From Candidatus Polarisedimenticolia bacterium (GTDB lineage: Bacteria; Acidobacteriota; Polarisedimenticolia; Gp22-AA2): DNA of 64,000 bases. The position numbers and the translations under genes are program-made. The stretch lies in assembly GCA_036005805.1 (NCBI GenBank), contig DASYQE010000210.1, positions 17,061 to 81,060 on the forward strand, written 5' to 3'. How positions within the stretch are numbered: position 1 is the stretch's first letter; each line of letters opens with the position of its first letter. The notes under the pieces were generated by a model, which saw only the letters and a list, made by a program, of their open reading frames with translations, was not told the DNA's origin and did no database searches. This document shows, one piece after another, positions 54,172 to 63,013 of the stretch.

Positions 54172-54843
54172 TCAGGTCGCGCTGGCGCGCGACGGGATCC
54201 GATCCACCGCCTGCTTGGTCTCGGCCACGTCCTTGCCCGCCTGCGCCTGGATCAGGAGCGCGGCCGTGCCGCGACCGATCTCCGGAATGGCGACGGTGAT
54301 CGCCGTGATGCCGTCGTCGCCGGTCTTCCCCTGGCCGATCTGCCGCGCCTTGCCGGCGCTCGACAGCAGCCGCACCCGCACGTCGGCCGAGTTCACGCCC
54401 TGCGTGCTGCGGGCCCGGGCGACCTGCACCACCAGGCGCACCGTCGAGCCCTCGGGGAGCACCGGCGGCTCCTTCACCGAGACGACGAGCGGATCCTCCC
54501 CCAGCTCCGAGCGGAGGAACTCGAGCACCACCTCGTCGAAGGAGCGCGAGGTGATGATCCCCTCGCCGAAGGGGCGCGGCTTGCGCACCTCGAACTTGCC
54601 GGCGCGCACGTCGAGCAGCACCTGGTTGTGCTGCGTCTCGATGCGGTTGCCGATCTCCGCCTCGGGGAAGCCCTTCGCCTTCAGGTCGGTGTACGAGGAA
54701 CGCAGGGCCGCGAGGATCTCCCCGCCGCGGTACACCAGGGTCTCGATGATGGGATTGTCGACCCCTTTGTCCTCGGTCTGGACGTGGTAGACGCGGCCGT
54801 CGTGCTCGACGTCGGTGTTGAAGCCGGTGACCATCGGGCGCAT
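54172..54843 (-). CDS. Hypothetical protein with no recognised domain
   Basis: Start taken at MRPMVTGFNTDVEHDGRVYHVQTEDKG, avoiding overlap with the divergent DUF1611 gene. The track ORF extends to 54906. Confidence 0.4.
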   Translation of the reverse strand: MRPMVTGFNTDVEHDGRVYHVQTEDKGVDNPIIETLVYRGGEILAALRSSYTDLKAKGFPEAEIGNRIETQHNQVLLDVRAGKFEVRKPRPFGEGIITSRSFDEVVLEFLRSELGEDPLVVSVKEPPVLPEGSTVRLVVQVARARSTQGVNSADVRVRLLSSAGKARQIGQGKTGDDGITAITVAIPEIGRGTAALLIQAQAGKDVAETKQAVDRIPSRASAT

Positions 54844-54881
54844 CTTAGGACGCGCTCCGGGGGGCGTCAACTTCGGATAGC

Positions 54882-55970
54882 ATGCGCCCCATGCCCCCGA
54901 CATCACAGGCCGCGCCGCCTCCCGAAGGATCCGCCGTCGTCCTGTGCGAGGGATCGTTCGGAGACACCTCCGGCAAGACCGCCCACGGCCTGGTGCGGAC
55001 CACGCGGCGCTACCGCGTCCGGGCGGTGATCGATTCGCTGCTCGCCGGGAAGGACGCGGGGACGGTCCTCGACGGCCGCGCCAACGGCATTCCGATCGTG
55101 CGCGACCTCGACGAAGCCATGCGCGTCGCCGGTCGCCCCGATTTCGTCGTCGTCGGCGTGGCGACGCACGGCGGCGTCCTGCCGCCCGAATGCCGTCCGG
55201 CGATCCGCCAGGCGCTCGAGCGGGGCCTCCACGTGGATTCGGGGCTGCACCAGTTCATCGGCGACGACGAGGAGTTCGCGGCGCTCGCGAAGAAGAGCGG
55301 CGCGCGCATCCGCGACGTCCGCAGAACGCCGCCGCGAAGCGCCATGCATGCCTTCACGGGGGAGGTCCTGCGCGCGCCCTCGCTGCGGGTGGCGGTCCTC
55401 GGCACCGACAGCGGCGTCGGCAAGCGGACGACCTCGCAGCTCCTGGTGGCGGGGCTCGAGGAGCGGGGCGTGCGCGCCGCCCTCGTCGGCACCGGCCAGA
55501 CCGCCTGGATGCAGGGCGCCCCTTACGGTCTCATCCTCGACAGTCTCGTGAACGACTTCGTCTCGGGAGAGATCGAGCACCAGGTCCTGCGGGCGACGCA
55601 CGACGGGAACCAGGTGGTCATCGTCGAAGGGCAGGGCTGCCTCACCCATCCGGCCTATCCGGGCGGATTCGAGATCCTCGCCGGGGCGCAGCCGCAGGCG
55701 GTCGTCCTGCAGCACGCGCCCGCCCGCGCCCACCACGACGGCTGGCCCGGTTTCCCCATCTCCGGACCGGAGCGTGAGCGCACGCTCATCGAGATGCTGG
55801 GACCCGCGAAGGTCGTGGCCGTGACGCTGAACCACGAGCAACTGACGCCCGACCAGGTGCGCCAGAGCGCCCGGGAGATCGAGGCGCGCCTCGGCCTCCC
55901 CTGCTGCGATCCGCTGGTGGACGGCGTCGGCCGCATCCTCGAGGCGCTCGAGCCCCTGCGGCGGTCATGA
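54882..55970 (+). CDS. DUF1611 domain protein (Rossmann-like N-terminus, P-loop C-terminus)
   Basis: AVVLCEGSFGDTSGKTAHGLVR and LGTDSGVGKRTTS P-loop. This family typically lies next to dipeptide epimerase genes. Confidence 0.7.
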   Translation: MRPMPPTSQAAPPPEGSAVVLCEGSFGDTSGKTAHGLVRTTRRYRVRAVIDSLLAGKDAGTVLDGRANGIPIVRDLDEAMRVAGRPDFVVVGVATHGGVLPPECRPAIRQALERGLHVDSGLHQFIGDDEEFAALAKKSGARIRDVRRTPPRSAMHAFTGEVLRAPSLRVAVLGTDSGVGKRTTSQLLVAGLEERGVRAALVGTGQTAWMQGAPYGLILDSLVNDFVSGEIEHQVLRATHDGNQVVIVEGQGCLTHPAYPGGFEILAGAQPQAVVLQHAPARAHHDGWPGFPISGPERERTLIEMLGPAKVVAVTLNHEQLTPDQVRQSAREIEARLGLPCCDPLVDGVGRILEALEPLRRS

Positions 55971-57040
55971 GCCGCATCGTCGCCGCCGAGGCGGTGCCCA
56001 TCACCTTCCGGCTGGTCGAGGGCTACCGCATCGCCGGCCGTCACTTCAAAAGCGCCGACAATGTGTTGCTGAAGCTGGTGGCCTCGGACGGCCGCACCGG
56101 CTACGGCTGCGGCGCCCCGATGGAGGAGGTCACCGGCGAGCACCCGCGCGAGACCCTGCGGGCGCTGAACGAGGCGCTCCTTCCGCTGGCGAAGGAGTGG
56201 AACGGCGACGATACCCGGGACCTCGTGGCGCGCGCCACGACCGCCGCCCCGCGGGCGCCCGCCGCCCGCGCGGCGCTCGACATGGCGCTGTGCGACATCG
56301 ACGCGCGCCGGGCGGGGGTGCCGCTCGCCCGGCTCCTCGGATCCGATCGCACCCGCATCGCCACCAGCTTCACGTTCGGCATCGAGGACGACATGACCTC
56401 CACGGTCGAGCGGGCGCGGCGGCGCGTCGCCGAAGGGTTCCACGTCCTCAAGATCAAGGTAGGGGAAGACTGGAAGCACGACCTGGAGCTGATTCGCGCG
56501 CTGCGCGCGGCCCTCGGCCCCGGCGTCGTCCTGCGCGCCGACGGGAACGAAGGCTACGACGAGGCCTCGGCCGCGGCCTTCCTGCGCGGCGCCATGGAGG
56601 CGGGCCTGGAGCTCCTGGAGCAGCCGGTTCCGAAGGAGGACCTCGGCGCCATGGCGCGCCTCGCGACTCTGACGCGCGTGCCGATCATGGCGGACGAGTC
56701 GGTGCAGAGCGAGGCCGACGCCGAGCGGCTCATCGAAGCGCGGGCGGCGAATCTCTTCAACATCAAGCTGATGAAATCAGGCGGGGTGCTGCCGGGTCTC
56801 GCCATCGCGCGGCGCGCCGCCGCGGCCGGCATCGGCATCATGGTCGGGTGCAACGACGAGTCGCGCATCTCCATCGCGGCCGGGCTGCACCTGGCGCTCG
56901 CGGCGGCCGCGGATTCGCGCGCCGACCTCGACGGGCACCTGGATCTTCAGGACGACGTGGCGACGGGCGGGTTCCGCCTGCGCGATGGCACGCTCGAGAT
57001 CACCGGCGAGCCGGGGCTCGGGGTCGAAGCCGACTTCTGA
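55967..57040 (+). CDS. Enolase-superfamily dipeptide (L-Ala-D/L-Glu-type) epimerase
   Basis: KIKVG...LRADGNEGY...LEQP...MADES metal-ligand pattern of the MR/MLE subgroup. ATGA overlap with the DUF1611 gene. Confidence 0.8.
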   Translation: MSRIVAAEAVPITFRLVEGYRIAGRHFKSADNVLLKLVASDGRTGYGCGAPMEEVTGEHPRETLRALNEALLPLAKEWNGDDTRDLVARATTAAPRAPAARAALDMALCDIDARRAGVPLARLLGSDRTRIATSFTFGIEDDMTSTVERARRRVAEGFHVLKIKVGEDWKHDLELIRALRAALGPGVVLRADGNEGYDEASAAAFLRGAMEAGLELLEQPVPKEDLGAMARLATLTRVPIMADESVQSEADAERLIEARAANLFNIKLMKSGGVLPGLAIARRAAAAGIGIMVGCNDESRISIAAGLHLALAAAADSRADLDGHLDLQDDVATGGFRLRDGTLEITGEPGLGVEADF

Positions 57041-58425
57041 GTCCGGCGCGGCCGGCCGCGCATCCCCTCGGGCCCGAGCCCGTACAGCCGCACCTTCCGC
57101 TGCAGCGTCCGGAGCCCGATCCCCAGCGCGCGCGCCGCGCGGGTGCGGTTGCCGCCGTGCCGCGACAGCGCCCGGCGGATCGCCTCCCGCTCCATCCCCC
57201 CGAGGCTCAGCTCAGCCGGGAGATCGACGTCGTCGTCCCCGGCCGGACCGCCGCGGAACCCTTCGGGGAGATCCTCCGCCTCGATGACGAGCCCCGGGCG
57301 GATGATGGCGGCGCTCTCGAGCACGTTCTTCAGCTCGCGCACGTTCCCCGGCCACGTGTGCCGCAGGAGCACGCGCACCGCGCTGTCCCCCAGGTGTTTC
57401 CCCGGCAGGCCGTTGTCGCGGCAGATCTGCTCGAGAAGCGAGCGGGCCAGCTCGGGGATGTCCTCCCGCCGCCCGCGCAGGGCCGGCACCCGGATGGTGA
57501 TGACGTTGAGCCGGAAGTAGAGATCCTCGCGGAAGCGATGCCGGGCGGTCAGCTCGCGCAGATCGCGGTTGCTCGCCGCCAGCACACGCACGTCCACCCG
57601 CACGGCGCGCGAGCCGCCGACGCGCATGAATTCCCGCTCCTCCAGCACGCGCAGGAGTTTCGCCTGCGTGCCGAGGTCCATCTCGCCGATCTCGTCAAGC
57701 AGCAGCGTGCCGCCGTGCGCCAGCTCGAACTTTCCGCGCTGGCGCTCGTGCGCCCCCGTGAAGGCTCCCTTCTCGTGGCCGAACAGCTCGCTCTCGATGA
57801 GCGTCCCGGGAATCGCCGAGCAGTTGAGCGCGATGAACGGCCCGGAGCGCCGCGGCGAGTTGTAGTGGATGGCCTTGGCGACCAGCTCCTTGCCGACGCC
57901 GCTCTCCCCGAGGATGAGGACGGTGCTGCGGGCCGGCGCGACCTGGACGATCTGGCCGCGGACGCGCTGCATCCCCGGGGAGCGGCTGACGACCCTCCCG
58001 ACGAGGTAGCGCTGCGACAGCTCGTCCTGCAGATGGCGGGCGCGCAGGTCGTGATCCTGCCAGCGGAGCAGCCGGCCGACGCGGGCCTCGACTTCGGCTG
58101 GGGCGACCGGCTTGAGCAGGTAATCGGCCGCCCCGCGGGCGAGGGCGGCGTGCGCCGCCTCGACCTCGTCCGGGCGGGCCAGCATCAGGATCGAGGGAAT
58201 CCGGCCCCCCTCGATCAGCCGGCGCAGCGCCTCGGCGGTCCCCTGCGGCCCGAGATCGCAGCCGATGAGGGCGAGATCGAATTCCTCCCGGCGGGTCTCC
58301 CGCGATGCCCGGCCGGCATCGGCCACAGTCACGACCAGGGCCCCCATCTTCCTGAAGACCCCCGCCGTGGCGGCGCTCTCCGCCTCCCGTTCGACGAGAA
58401 GGATGTGTTTGCCTTCGAATGACAT
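56947..58425 (-). CDS. Sigma-54-dependent transcriptional activator (REC + AAA+ with GAFTGA + Fis-type HTH), NtrC family
   Basis: ILGESGVGKELVA Walker A, GAFTGA, DEIGEM and a C-terminal RAARALGIGLRTLQRK helix-turn-helix. The receiver has the Asp in FDLALIGCDLG but an atypical E-R-E acidic pocket. Confidence 0.9.
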   Translation of the reverse strand: MSFEGKHILLVEREAESAATAGVFRKMGALVVTVADAGRASRETRREEFDLALIGCDLGPQGTAEALRRLIEGGRIPSILMLARPDEVEAAHAALARGAADYLLKPVAPAEVEARVGRLLRWQDHDLRARHLQDELSQRYLVGRVVSRSPGMQRVRGQIVQVAPARSTVLILGESGVGKELVAKAIHYNSPRRSGPFIALNCSAIPGTLIESELFGHEKGAFTGAHERQRGKFELAHGGTLLLDEIGEMDLGTQAKLLRVLEEREFMRVGGSRAVRVDVRVLAASNRDLRELTARHRFREDLYFRLNVITIRVPALRGRREDIPELARSLLEQICRDNGLPGKHLGDSAVRVLLRHTWPGNVRELKNVLESAAIIRPGLVIEAEDLPEGFRGGPAGDDDVDLPAELSLGGMEREAIRRALSRHGGNRTRAARALGIGLRTLQRKVRLYGLGPEGMRGRPRRTQKSASTPSPGSPVISSVPSRRRNPPVATSS

Positions 58426-58494
58426 CGCGGAGTCTCCAAAGAAGAAGCCCGCGGGGGCGTGACTGTCCTCCCCGACCGCGCAATACTGTCATAT

Positions 58495-58545
58495 TGACGT
58501 GTTTTTATCAATGCTTAAATTGCGCCACTTTGGCCGATCGACGCT
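58495..58545. promoter_or_regulatory. AT-rich island with a CAATA-N6-TATTG inverted repeat and an IHF-like TATCAATGCTTAA; candidate enhancer/bending region for the sigma-54 promoter
   Basis: CAATACTGTCATATTGACGTGTTTTTATCAATGCTTAAATTGCG, in sequence that is otherwise about 70% GC, located 120 to 170 nt upstream of the -24/-12 element. Confidence 0.3.
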
Positions 58546-58662
58546 CGGTGTCACTTAGAGGCCGGCTCAGCAGGACTCGCATCGTGGGACAAAGGTCGCG
58601 GAAGCCGCACCCTGCGGGCTGTTCGACACGACCGCCTGAGTCCGAGCGGCGTCTCGATGGGT

Positions 58663-58678
58663 TGGCAGCATTGTTGCT
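58663..58678 (+). promoter_or_regulatory. Sigma-54 (-24/-12) promoter TGGCAG-N5-TTGCT
   Basis: GG and GC dinucleotides at the canonical 10-nt spacing, about 37 nt upstream of the 58715 ATG, with a GGGGAGGG Shine-Dalgarno in between. Confidence 0.7.
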
Positions 58679-58714
58679 CCTGGGGATGTCCAACCTGGGG
58701 AGGGTCGGGAAGAC

Positions 58715-58915
58715 ATGGCCAAGACCAAGACGGCGAAAGCGGCTCGGAAACCCAAGAAGAATCCGTACGGGATGATCGATTTCAGCTTCGGGGACACCAA
58801 GTACCAGATCGACATGAACCGCCGGAAGGTCTACTACCGCTTCATCGAGGTGGAGACCTCCAAGACGTCGCTGATCATGGGCGCCTACAACGTGGCGCTC
58901 GCCCAGGCGAAGTAA
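58715..58915 (+). CDS. Small (66 aa) Lys-rich protein of unknown function
   Basis: MAKTKTAKAARKPKKNPYGMIDFSFGDTKYQIDMNRRKVYYRFIEVETSKTSLIMGAYNVALAQAK. It sits between the sigma-54 promoter and a strong terminator. Confidence 0.55.
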   Translation: MAKTKTAKAARKPKKNPYGMIDFSFGDTKYQIDMNRRKVYYRFIEVETSKTSLIMGAYNVALAQAK

Positions 58916-58999
58916 AGCAGCACCGAGAAGCCTTCACACCGCGTCACCCGGAGCCCGGGGGGCGTGGACGTTCCTACAGCTCAAGCACCAGCCAGACCC

Positions 59000-59036
59000 G
59001 AGCCGCTTCCGTCTTCATGAAGCGGCTCTCTTTTTT
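59000..59036 (+). terminator. Rho-independent terminator GAGCCGCTTC-loop-GAAGCGGCTC plus TCTTTTTT
   Basis: A perfect 10-bp stem followed by a U-run, about 85 nt after the small ORF stop. Confidence 0.7.
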
Positions 59037-59068
59037 GGGGAAGATACGGCGGGCGCGGCGCCCGTGGT

Positions 59069-60418
59069 CTACCCGAGGACGGAGAGGTCGGGTTGCGGCA
59101 GCGGCGGCCCGGGGCGCGCGAACAGGTAGCCCTGGGCGAAGCGCACGCCGATTCTCTGCAGGCAGCGCAGCTCCTCCACCGTCTCGACGCCCTCGGCGAT
59201 GAGGGTCGTGCCGCTGGACGAAGAGAAGCGGGCGATGGTCGCGGTCAGGTCCTGCTTGATCGGGTGCAGGTGGATGTCGCGGATCAGGGCCATGTCGATC
59301 TTGATGAAGTTCGGGCGCAGCTCGGCCACCGACTTGAGCCCGGAGTAGCCCGACCCGACGTCGTCCACGGCCAGCCGGAAGCCGTGGAACTGGAAGTAGT
59401 TCAGCATCTGCCGGAAGGCTTCGTATTCCTGCACCGCCGAGTGCTCGGTGATCTCCAGCACCACCTGGGAGGGCTTGAGGTCGGCCTCCCCGAGCAGGGT
59501 GAAGATCTCCTCCGAGCGCAGCGCCGGGTCGTAGATCGAATCGGGCTCCATGTTGAGGAACAGGAGCTGGTCGGCGCGGAAGCTCTTGAGCCCGCGGATG
59601 GCCCGCTCGCGGCAGAGGCGCTCGAGCTTCCAGACCGAGTCGTTCTCGTAGGCGGCCTTGAAGAGCTGGTCCGGTCCGGCGAACGCTCCCGTCGTGAGCC
59701 GGGTGAGAGCCTCGAAGCCGATCGCCCGGCGCTCGACCATGTCCACGACCGGCTGGTAGACCGCGTGCACGGCGCCGGTCCGCAACACCTCCTTGAACTG
59801 CATCGCGACCTTGCGCTGCTCCCGGTTGCGCTCCTGGATCGAGTCCGCGAACGCCTCCTCGAGCGCGGCGTAGACGCGCCGCTCGAAGCGCAGCGCCTGG
59901 TCGTTGCTGAGGACGGCGCAGCCGACGTAGACGCCGAAGCGCTCCTGCACGTTCGGGTTCAGCCGTTCCTTCACGAAACGGGCGAGGCTCAGGGCGACGC
60001 GGCGGCGCACCTTGTCGATGTTGGGATAGGAGATCTGGTCGCTGCCGCGCGGCGGCGCCAGCAGCACCACGAAGGCGTTGCCGCTGATCATCACCTCGGC
60101 GAGCTGGTCCTCGCGGCGCAGCGTCTCCTGCTTCACCTGCACCAGGAACGACGCGATGTCGCGCACCAGCGACTCGTACCCCTGGCGACCGAGCGTCTGC
60201 TCCACTTTCTCGTTCTGCAGGATGCTGATCGACAGGAGGCCCAGCTCCTTCGACTCCTTCAGCATGTTGCGGATGCGGCCGAGCAGGAGCGGAACGGTCG
60301 GCAGGTCGGTGACCCGGTCGTACAGCAGGTCGGTGAGCGCGCCGGCGTCCTGGGACTCCCCGCGCGCGCGGAGCTCCTCCAGGAACTTCTGCTTGCGTGA
60401 CGACGAGGCGGCGGCCAT
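59069..60418 (-). CDS. EAL-domain c-di-GMP phosphodiesterase with an N-terminal degenerate GGDEF-like region
   Basis: EAL motifs (EALTRL, DDVGSGYSGL, EGVET). The N-terminal half has no GG(D/E)EF signature. Confidence 0.85.
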   Translation of the reverse strand: MAAASSSRKQKFLEELRARGESQDAGALTDLLYDRVTDLPTVPLLLGRIRNMLKESKELGLLSISILQNEKVEQTLGRQGYESLVRDIASFLVQVKQETLRREDQLAEVMISGNAFVVLLAPPRGSDQISYPNIDKVRRRVALSLARFVKERLNPNVQERFGVYVGCAVLSNDQALRFERRVYAALEEAFADSIQERNREQRKVAMQFKEVLRTGAVHAVYQPVVDMVERRAIGFEALTRLTTGAFAGPDQLFKAAYENDSVWKLERLCRERAIRGLKSFRADQLLFLNMEPDSIYDPALRSEEIFTLLGEADLKPSQVVLEITEHSAVQEYEAFRQMLNYFQFHGFRLAVDDVGSGYSGLKSVAELRPNFIKIDMALIRDIHLHPIKQDLTATIARFSSSSGTTLIAEGVETVEELRCLQRIGVRFAQGYLFARPGPPLPQPDLSVLG

Positions 60419-60431
60419 GGCTCCGGTCCCC

Positions 60432-61778
60432 CTACCCGCTCTGCGGGTGGTAGACGACGTCGTCCGCGTCGTCGGAGAAGTACTTCGGTTCGCTCGCCAT
60501 GACCCGGTTCCGCCCCGCCTTCTTGGCCCGGTAGAGCGCGGCGTCGGCGGCGGCGATGAGGTCGGCGCTGGTCAGCCCGTCGTCCGGGAAGGTGGCGACG
60601 CCGCCCGACAGCGAGACGCACTTCAGCGGCTGCGATTCGCGCGCGGCGAACGGGTGCGCGGCGAGCTTCTCGCGGATGCGCTCGGCCGCCTGCATCGCCC
60701 CCTTCTTCGGCGCGTGCGCCAGCAGCACGATGAACTCCTCGCCGCCGAAGCGCGCCGCGACGTCGTCCGGGCGCACCGTGTCGCGCAGGATCTCGCCGGT
60801 GGACTTCAGCACCTCGTCCCCCGCCTGGTGCCCCTGCGTGTCGTTGTAGTGCTTGAAGTGATCGAGGTCGAAGATGAAGAGCGAGAAGGGATGGTGCCCC
60901 TTGCTCGCCTCGAGCAGGACGTTCGACAGGCGCTCCATGAAGAAGCGCTTGTTGAAGAGCTTGGTCAGCCCGTCGATGTTGGCCATCTCCTGCGTCTTGT
61001 TGAACAGGTCGTGGTTGTACAGGGCGATGCTGCCGAGGTCGGCGATGAGACTCAGGATCGACTTCTCGTGCTTGTAGTGCCGCTTGAGGCCGCCGGCGCT
61101 GATGACGCCGCGCACCTTTCCCTCGTGGATCATCGGGGCGCACAGCTCGACGTTGAACTGGAAGTGCCCCGGCGCGTCGATGTTGGCCCCGGTCAGTCGC
61201 TTCTCGCGGATGAAGTCGTCCACGTCCATCGCCAGGCCGTTCTGCGCCACGAGGCCCAGGCGTCCCTCGCCGAACTCGATCTGGAACTGCTTGGCGAAGT
61301 CGGCCGGCAGCCCCATCTGGCGCACCAGCGCCAGCTTGTTGATGCGCTCCTCGAGCAGGAAGATGAGGATCTGCGACGGCGCGAAGAGCTGCTCGATGAT
61401 GCGCATCACCTGCATGGGGATCTCGCGCCGGTCGATGCGCGAGTTCATCCGCCGGGTGAACTCGGGCAAAAGCTGCATGAAGTTGCTGAGCGCGGCGTTG
61501 TCGCTCTCGAGGCGGGCAATGGTCTTCTGCAGATCGCGGACCTGGGAGCCGCCCTGCTCGGCCGGCTCAGGACGCGGACGCGCGGCCGGGCGGCCCGGGC
61601 CCGCGGCCGCCTGCCGGCGCCACAGGTAGAGGAAGATTCCCGCCACCAGGAGACCGACGGCGGCTCCGCCCCAGGCTGTGTGTTCCTGCAGGTATGCGAT
61701 CGTCTCGTTCACACGTGTCCCGGCGGCTCGGAGCCCGCGGTCCCGCGTCAATGTGTGGCCCGGAGTGGCTCGATTCAA
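60432..61778 (-). CDS. Diguanylate cyclase: N-terminal TM segment, GAF domain and GGDEF domain with a GGEEF active site
   Basis: RFGGEEF motif, an upstream DxLT-like IDGLTKLFNKR, and a GAF-like middle region. Confidence 0.85.
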   Translation of the reverse strand: MNRATPGHTLTRDRGLRAAGTRVNETIAYLQEHTAWGGAAVGLLVAGIFLYLWRRQAAAGPGRPAARPRPEPAEQGGSQVRDLQKTIARLESDNAALSNFMQLLPEFTRRMNSRIDRREIPMQVMRIIEQLFAPSQILIFLLEERINKLALVRQMGLPADFAKQFQIEFGEGRLGLVAQNGLAMDVDDFIREKRLTGANIDAPGHFQFNVELCAPMIHEGKVRGVISAGGLKRHYKHEKSILSLIADLGSIALYNHDLFNKTQEMANIDGLTKLFNKRFFMERLSNVLLEASKGHHPFSLFIFDLDHFKHYNDTQGHQAGDEVLKSTGEILRDTVRPDDVAARFGGEEFIVLLAHAPKKGAMQAAERIREKLAAHPFAARESQPLKCVSLSGGVATFPDDGLTSADLIAAADAALYRAKKAGRNRVMASEPKYFSDDADDVVYHPQSG

Positions 61779-61870
61779 GGCGGGACAGGCGTTTTCGGCA
61801 GGGTCTCCAGGGGTGACAAATCTTGACGGTCCTCCCCTTGCGGACCTTTGGGCTCGCCCGTAGAGTCGCG

Positions 61871-62776
61871 GCCATGTCGAGACCCGTGGCCGTGGCGCTG
61901 GCCGTCGCCCTGGGTTGCGCGGCGCCGGCCTGCAGGAACGACGCGCACCGGGCGCCGGAACCTGAGCGCGGGGTGCATGACGGCCTGGGACGGCTCGTCG
62001 TGATCCCGGCGCCGCCGCGGCGCATCGTGACCCTCGCGCCGAACGCCACCGACACCATCGCGGCCCTCGGACTCGGCGACCGCCTGGTCGGGGTGAGCGA
62101 CTTCTGCCAGCCCCCTCCCGAGGCGAAGGAGGTGCGGCGGGTGGGCGGGCTCCTGACCCCCGACCTCGAGGTGATCCGGGCGCTGAAGCCCGACCTGCTC
62201 GTCGGCTCGACGAGCGGCAACGACCCCGGCCTCGCCTCCGAGGCCCAGGCCCTCGGGATTCCCTTGTTCATCCTGAACGCCGAAACGGTCGAGCAGGTCC
62301 TCGAGGGAATCGGCGGGCTGGGCGTCGCCCTCGGCGAACAGGCGAAGGCGACGGCGCTCGTGCAGGGCCTGCGCGCGCGGCTCGACGCCGTCGACCGGCG
62401 CGTCGCCGGCCGGCCCCGGCCGCGGGTTCTCTACATCGTGTGGGGAGATCCGCTGGTGGTCCCCGGGGCGAAGGCATTTTTGACCGACGCCATCCGGCGG
62501 GCCGGCGGCGACTCGGTCACTGACGACGCGCCGGCCGCTCATCCGACCTACAGCATCGAGGCGGCGATCGCGCGCTCCCCCGAGGTCATCCTGACGAGCG
62601 AGTACAACCGCGCCGACGCCGAGAAGCTGAGGAAGGATCCGGCCTGGCAATCGGTTCCGGCCGTGGCGTCGGGAAGGGTCTACGTCGTGGGGGACGAGCT
62701 CGTCAGGCCGGGACCGGCGATCGTCGGCGGGATCGAGGAAATGGCCCGCCGGCTCCATCCCGAAACAGCCCCATAA
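61871..62776 (+). CDS. ABC transporter periplasmic substrate-binding protein (TroA/BtuF/FecB-like cluster A)
   Basis: Lipobox (ALGCAAPAC), RIVTLAPNATDTIAALGLGDRLVGVS and KPDLLVG motifs. Start taken at the internal ATG. Confidence 0.75.
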   Translation, partial: AMSRPVAVALAVALGCAAPACRNDAHRAPEPERGVHDGLGRLVVIPAPPRRIVTLAPNATDTIAALGLGDRLVGVSDFCQPPPEAKEVRRVGGLLTPDLEVIRALKPDLLVGSTSGNDPGLASEAQALGIPLFILNAETVEQVLEGIGGLGVALGEQAKATALVQGLRARLDAVDRRVAGRPRPRVLYIVWGDPLVVPGAKAFLTDAIRRAGGDSVTDDAPAAHPTYSIEAAIARSPEVILTSEYNRADAEKLRKDPAWQSVPAVASGRVYVVGDELVRPGPAIVGGIEEMARRLHPETAP

Positions 62777-62783
62777 AAATCAA

Positions 62784-62848
62784 GCCGTGCGGGCACGATG
62801 CCCGCACGGCCGGGGGATCGAGGAGGGGGCACCCGTCTGCCCCTCCTC
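62784..62848. terminator. Two adjacent strong hairpins in a convergent intergenic region: GCCGTGCGGGC-ACGAT-GCCCGCACGGC and GAGGAGGGGGCA-CCCGTC-TGCCCCTCCTC. The first is followed by a U-run only on the minus strand.
   Basis: Perfect 11-bp stems read from the sequence, 8 nt after the SBP stop. On the minus strand the first hairpin is followed by UUGAUUUUUAU. Confidence 0.4.
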
Positions 62849-63013
62849 CGGAACGCCTTGAATTGTGCCATCAAGACTTCGGAAGAGAAGGCGGCCGTGC
62901 GGCAGGTTGGTGCACGAACACCGCGCCCGACCGGCCGGAAACCGCCGACCGGCGCGGGGCGCCGGCGGGCTCATCATCTTTAGAGAGAGACGACGCAGGA
63001 GCGGGTCAGGAAA

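Noticed and set aside
58600-58660. Possible tRNA-like T-loop (GTTCGAC) in the sigma-54 promoter region
   Set aside because: No complementary T-stem or acceptor stem could be paired. I found no tRNA or rRNA anywhere in the window.
61779-61870. Cobalamin riboswitch upstream of the BtuF/TroA-like substrate-binding protein
   Set aside because: No B12-box (GCCACUG-like) or conserved riboswitch core was found in the 90-nt leader.
62798-62983. 61-aa ORF inside the hairpin-rich convergent intergenic region
   Set aside because: Arg/Gly/Pro-rich translation with no ribosome-binding site. The region is better explained as terminator and UTR structure.
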